This document shows positions 61,703 to 64,000 of a DNA stretch of 64,000 bases, in pieces. Position numbers and translations under genes: made by a program. How positions within the stretch are numbered: the stretch's first letter is position 1; the number at the start of each line of letters is the position of its first letter. The notes under the pieces are model-generated. The model saw nothing but the letters and a program-made list of their open reading frames with translations. It did not search any database and was not told where the DNA came from. The DNA is from Microbacterium sp. (GTDB taxonomy: Bacteria > Actinomycetota > Actinomycetes > Actinomycetales > Microbacteriaceae): NCBI RefSeq assembly GCF_047606685.1, contig NZ_JASGEC010000060.1, positions 9,314-73,313 on the forward strand, written 5' to 3'.

Positions 61703-62447
61703 CGGCCAACAGGTCGCGCGGGTAGTACTCGTTGTCACGGAACGACGCGTCGTCGACGCCGAGCGCCGTCACGACGCCGAGCACCTCGAAGGCCCAGTAG
61801 CCGTAGTACAAATACTGAGGTACATGCTCGTGAGTTCCCCAGCCCCGGATCCCCTTCCACGCCGTGTACCACTTGGACAGGTAGCGGGCGATCAGCTTGG
61901 CCGGGTCGGCACTGTCGAACGCGCTTTCCAACGGGCCCACGATCCGCGGGAACTGGAGGTCTGCGCCGATGGGATGATCCGGCCGCCGCGTCGCGATCAG
62001 GCAATCGATGAGGTGGTCGCCCCGCCCGAACTCGACGGCTGCCACCACTCGGTCGAACGTGGCGTCGTCGACCTGAAACGTAATGGCCAGCGATACCAAC
62101 AACAGCCACTCGCGGTAGTAGTCCTTGATCCTCGGATTGCGGAACTGCAACTCGACGAGTTCGGGCGGAAAATACTGCCTTTCCAGCAGGACCGCTCGTT
62201 CCGCCGCGACAAGCACGTCTTCGTACTCGTCTCGAAGCGCCTGCGTCGACGCCCCCTGCGAGTAAAGCGCGCTGAAACGGTTCCACCGTACCTTTACCAC
62301 GTTGCCCGCCGCCATCGCCAGCGACTTCGGGGCGCGCCATTGGTCGACGGGTAGTGTCAGTTCTTCCTCATCGCTCTCGACGAACACCGCGAGTCGCTCA
62401 ACGATGGCATCGAAGTAGGCCTGATCTGCCCGAATGTCACGCAACAC
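61686..62447 (-). CDS. PoNi-like (DUF1910/DUF1911) immunity protein candidate
   Basis: It is a 253-aa acidic cytoplasmic protein. The N-terminus is LRDIRADQAYFDAIVERL. The C-terminal region WYTAWKGIRGWGTHEH...YLYYGYWAFEVLGVVTALGVDDASFRDNEYYPRDL matches my memory of DUF1911. It has a GTG start with GGAGGG 5 nt upstream. It lies directly downstream of a PD-(D/E)xK toxin domain. Confidence 0.5.
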   Translation of the reverse strand: MLRDIRADQAYFDAIVERLAVFVESDEEELTLPVDQWRAPKSLAMAAGNVVKVRWNRFSALYSQGASTQALRDEYEDVLVAAERAVLLERQYFPPELVELQFRNPRIKDYYREWLLLVSLAITFQVDDATFDRVVAAVEFGRGDHLIDCLIATRRPDHPIGADLQFPRIVGPLESAFDSADPAKLIARYLSKWYTAWKGIRGWGTHEHVPQYLYYGYWAFEVLGVVTALGVDDASFRDNEYYPRDLLADERAG

Positions 62448-62600
62448 GGGAGCCCTCCGTTCTTCGCGTGGTCATGTCGCGACGCGTCGCGGGTCGCCAT
62501 CGACGACGCGCCGTGACGATGGTCTGGCCGCTCATGGGAAAGACTGTAACGGCTCGCCTCACCGAACGCGCGCACCGGCCGCCCCACAGCTGCTCGGGAG

Positions 62601-64000
62601 TCAGGACGCGACCCCTTGATCGCTCATCGCGTCGAAGGCGGCGTCGGTGCCCCTGACGACGAAGCCGTCGACATCCAACTCGCGCACCCGCACAGACCCG
62701 TCGGGCATCACCCGGACAAGCCCAGACCTGAGGTCGCCACGACGGAACGCGCGCAGGATGCTATTACGCAGGTCCGGATCTGCGTTCGCGAGGGCGTACT
62801 CCAATCGATACGAGTGGAATCCGATGCCTTCGAGCCAATCGCGGCTCATCTGCCGGATGCCGCCAACCCCCGTGTCCAGTCTGGCCGTGTTGTACTTCGC
62901 TTCGATCACCGCGTACTCCGGGCCGTCGGGAGTGTCGCGCGTGTAGACGCCATCGATGCCGTTCGCGGCCGTGTGACTGCTCGCATCGACGCGGGTCCAG
63001 CCTTGCGACTCCATGTACTGCTGGGTGCGGAGCTCGCCGTACTCGCCCTTGTTGTGGTTGAGCGGAGCGTCGGGGTCGCCGTGCGCCGCGTTCCAGTCGT
63101 CGAACGAGCGGATGTTGCCGTCCGCGTCGAACAGGGTCTGGACCTTCGGGTTCGGGGACTCGTGCGGCATGTTGGCGGCGCCGTCGGCCGTGTCGCCATC
63201 GGCGACCGGCGCATCAGCCTCGGGGCCGTCAGCGGGCGGAGCGTCGCCGGCAGGAGCGTCCGCCTCGGGGCCGTCAGCCTCCGGTCCGTCAGCCGGAGGC
63301 GCGTCGCCGGCGGGGCCGTCCAGCGCGGGGCCGTCCGTGGCCGGACCGTCAGCCGATGGGCTGTCGGCGCTGGGGGCGTCCGTGGACGGGGTGTCCGCGG
63401 CAGGGCTGCCGGCCGGAGCGTCGACCGCGGGACTGTCGACCGTCGGCGTGCCCGAGGCCGGATCGTCCGTGGAAGGACCGCGGGACGAGCCGTCCGCGGG
63501 CGGGGTGTCCGCGGCGGGGCCGTCCGCGACCGGGCTGTCGACCGCCGAGCTGCCGTCCGGAGCATCGCCGCCACCGCTGCCGCTCTCCGGGGTGACATGC
63601 ACGTCCTGTGCCGCGGGCGCGTCTCCGTGGTTGCTGGGGGCGGCGCCGCCCTCGCCTCCCGAGCCGCTGAGCTCGCCGCCGGCGCCGGTCGGGCCGTCGT
63701 AGTCGGGCCGAGCCGTGGGGCCGCCCGTCGATGACGAGCCCCCACCCGAGCCGCCAGAGCCGCCGCTCGATGCGACGTTGAGCTCGGGCGTCTGCGTGCT
63801 GCCGCCGCCGGTGGGGGCAGAGGAGGAGGCCGGGGGACGGCGGCTAGGCAGGCGCGCCGACATCGCCACGCCCAGTCCGGCGCCGGCGATCACCGACGCG
63901 GCGGTGATCTCATCGCCGCGCATACCGAGGTCGGCCACCGTTCCGGCCGCGCCCCCGGCGCCGTTGGCCAACGCCTGGACAACGAACTTCTGGCCGTACC
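62601..64000 (-). CDS. Polymorphic toxin with a C-terminal PD-(D/E)xK nuclease-like (PoNe/Tox-REase-like) domain; the frame stays open to the window edge
   Basis: The listed start at 63971 is a TTG, and the frame has no stop up to nt 64000, so the N-terminus may lie outside the window. A hydrophobic segment ITAASVIAGAGLGVAMSA comes first, followed by ~250 aa of Gly/Ser and then (D/A/P/G/S/T)-only low complexity. The C-terminal ~185 aa have GEYGELRTQQYMESQGW, ANGIDGVY, YAVIEAKYN and QMSRDW, which fits the D...ExK pattern. Confidence 0.65.
   Translation of the reverse strand, partial: YGQKFVVQALANGAGGAAGTVADLGMRGDEITAASVIAGAGLGVAMSARLPSRRPPASSSAPTGGGSTQTPELNVASSGGSGGSGGGSSSTGGPTARPDYDGPTGAGGELSGSGGEGGAAPSNHGDAPAAQDVHVTPESGSGGGDAPDGSSAVDSPVADGPAADTPPADGSSRGPSTDDPASGTPTVDSPAVDAPAGSPAADTPSTDAPSADSPSADGPATDGPALDGPAGDAPPADGPEADGPEADAPAGDAPPADGPEADAPVADGDTADGAANMPHESPNPKVQTLFDADGNIRSFDDWNAAHGDPDAPLNHNKGEYGELRTQQYMESQGWTRVDASSHTAANGIDGVYTRDTPDGPEYAVIEAKYNTARLDTGVGGIRQMSRDWLEGIGFHSYRLEYALANADPDLRNSILRAFRRGDLRSGLVRVMPDGSVRVRELDVDGFVVRGTDAAFDAMSDQGVAS

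Noticed and set aside
62616-63745. 372-aa (+), 279-aa (-) and 229-aa (+) ORFs over the toxin low-complexity region
   Set aside because: The highly repetitive GC-rich (GAC/GCC/CCG/GGC) DNA is open in several frames. Only the frame that continues into the PD-(D/E)xK domain has meaningful sequence.

Overview
This is high-G+C actinobacterial DNA; the gene content and repeat types look Microbacteriaceae-like. I found no rRNA, no intact tRNA and no CRISPR array. Many long Arg/Pro/Ala-rich ORFs in the track are antisense or alternate-frame artefacts of the high G+C content and were ignored.

Gene content from left to right:
- 1-4.4 kb: the edge of a conjugative element. It carries a 5'-truncated MobF/TrwC relaxase-helicase and a PIN/HTH toxin-antitoxin pair, followed by a tRNA-like 3' fragment.
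- 4.8-7.6 kb: small regulator modules (ArsR, and PadR with a HAAS membrane partner) and gene remnants.
- 7.8-9.1 kb: a decayed Xre/RES toxin-antitoxin cassette bracketed by copies of a hairpin-containing dispersed repeat.
- 9.1-16.1 kb: pit, a small membrane protein gene and a DUF3349 gene, then a LysR / NCS1 permease / HisD-like / C-N hydrolase module.
- 16.5-43.7 kb: a large accessory cell-surface glycan locus that looks lower in G+C by eye. It encodes a priming phosphotransferase, GT2, split Alg14/Alg13-type GT, Wzz-like, Wzy-like and Wzx-like proteins. It also encodes two sulfotransferases (one fused to the Alg13-like half-GT), an APH-like kinase and two clan GH-A hydrolases. A family of large secreted beta-propeller/PKD/LamG/malectin proteins in the locus shares an unnamed ~200-aa module. 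IS remnants lie at 27.2 kb and 43.9-44.2 kb.
- 44.3-49.7 kb: a PAPS supply module placed directly next to the glycan locus (cysC fusion, TauE/CysZ-type permease, cysQ, cysD, cysN).
- 49.9-59.4 kb: GT2-GtrA, Rrf2, an SsuABC-like transporter, a repeat-built coiled-coil protein, kynureninase, prolyl aminopeptidase and a Na+/H+ antiporter.
- 59.5-64.0 kb: a polymorphic-toxin locus with a PD-(D/E)xK C-terminal toxin and a PoNi-like immunity gene.

The main candidate for a novel system is a sulfated Wzx/Wzy-dependent polysaccharide system with a dedicated set of secreted lectin-like proteins. All start codons were chosen by eye and may be off by a few codons.
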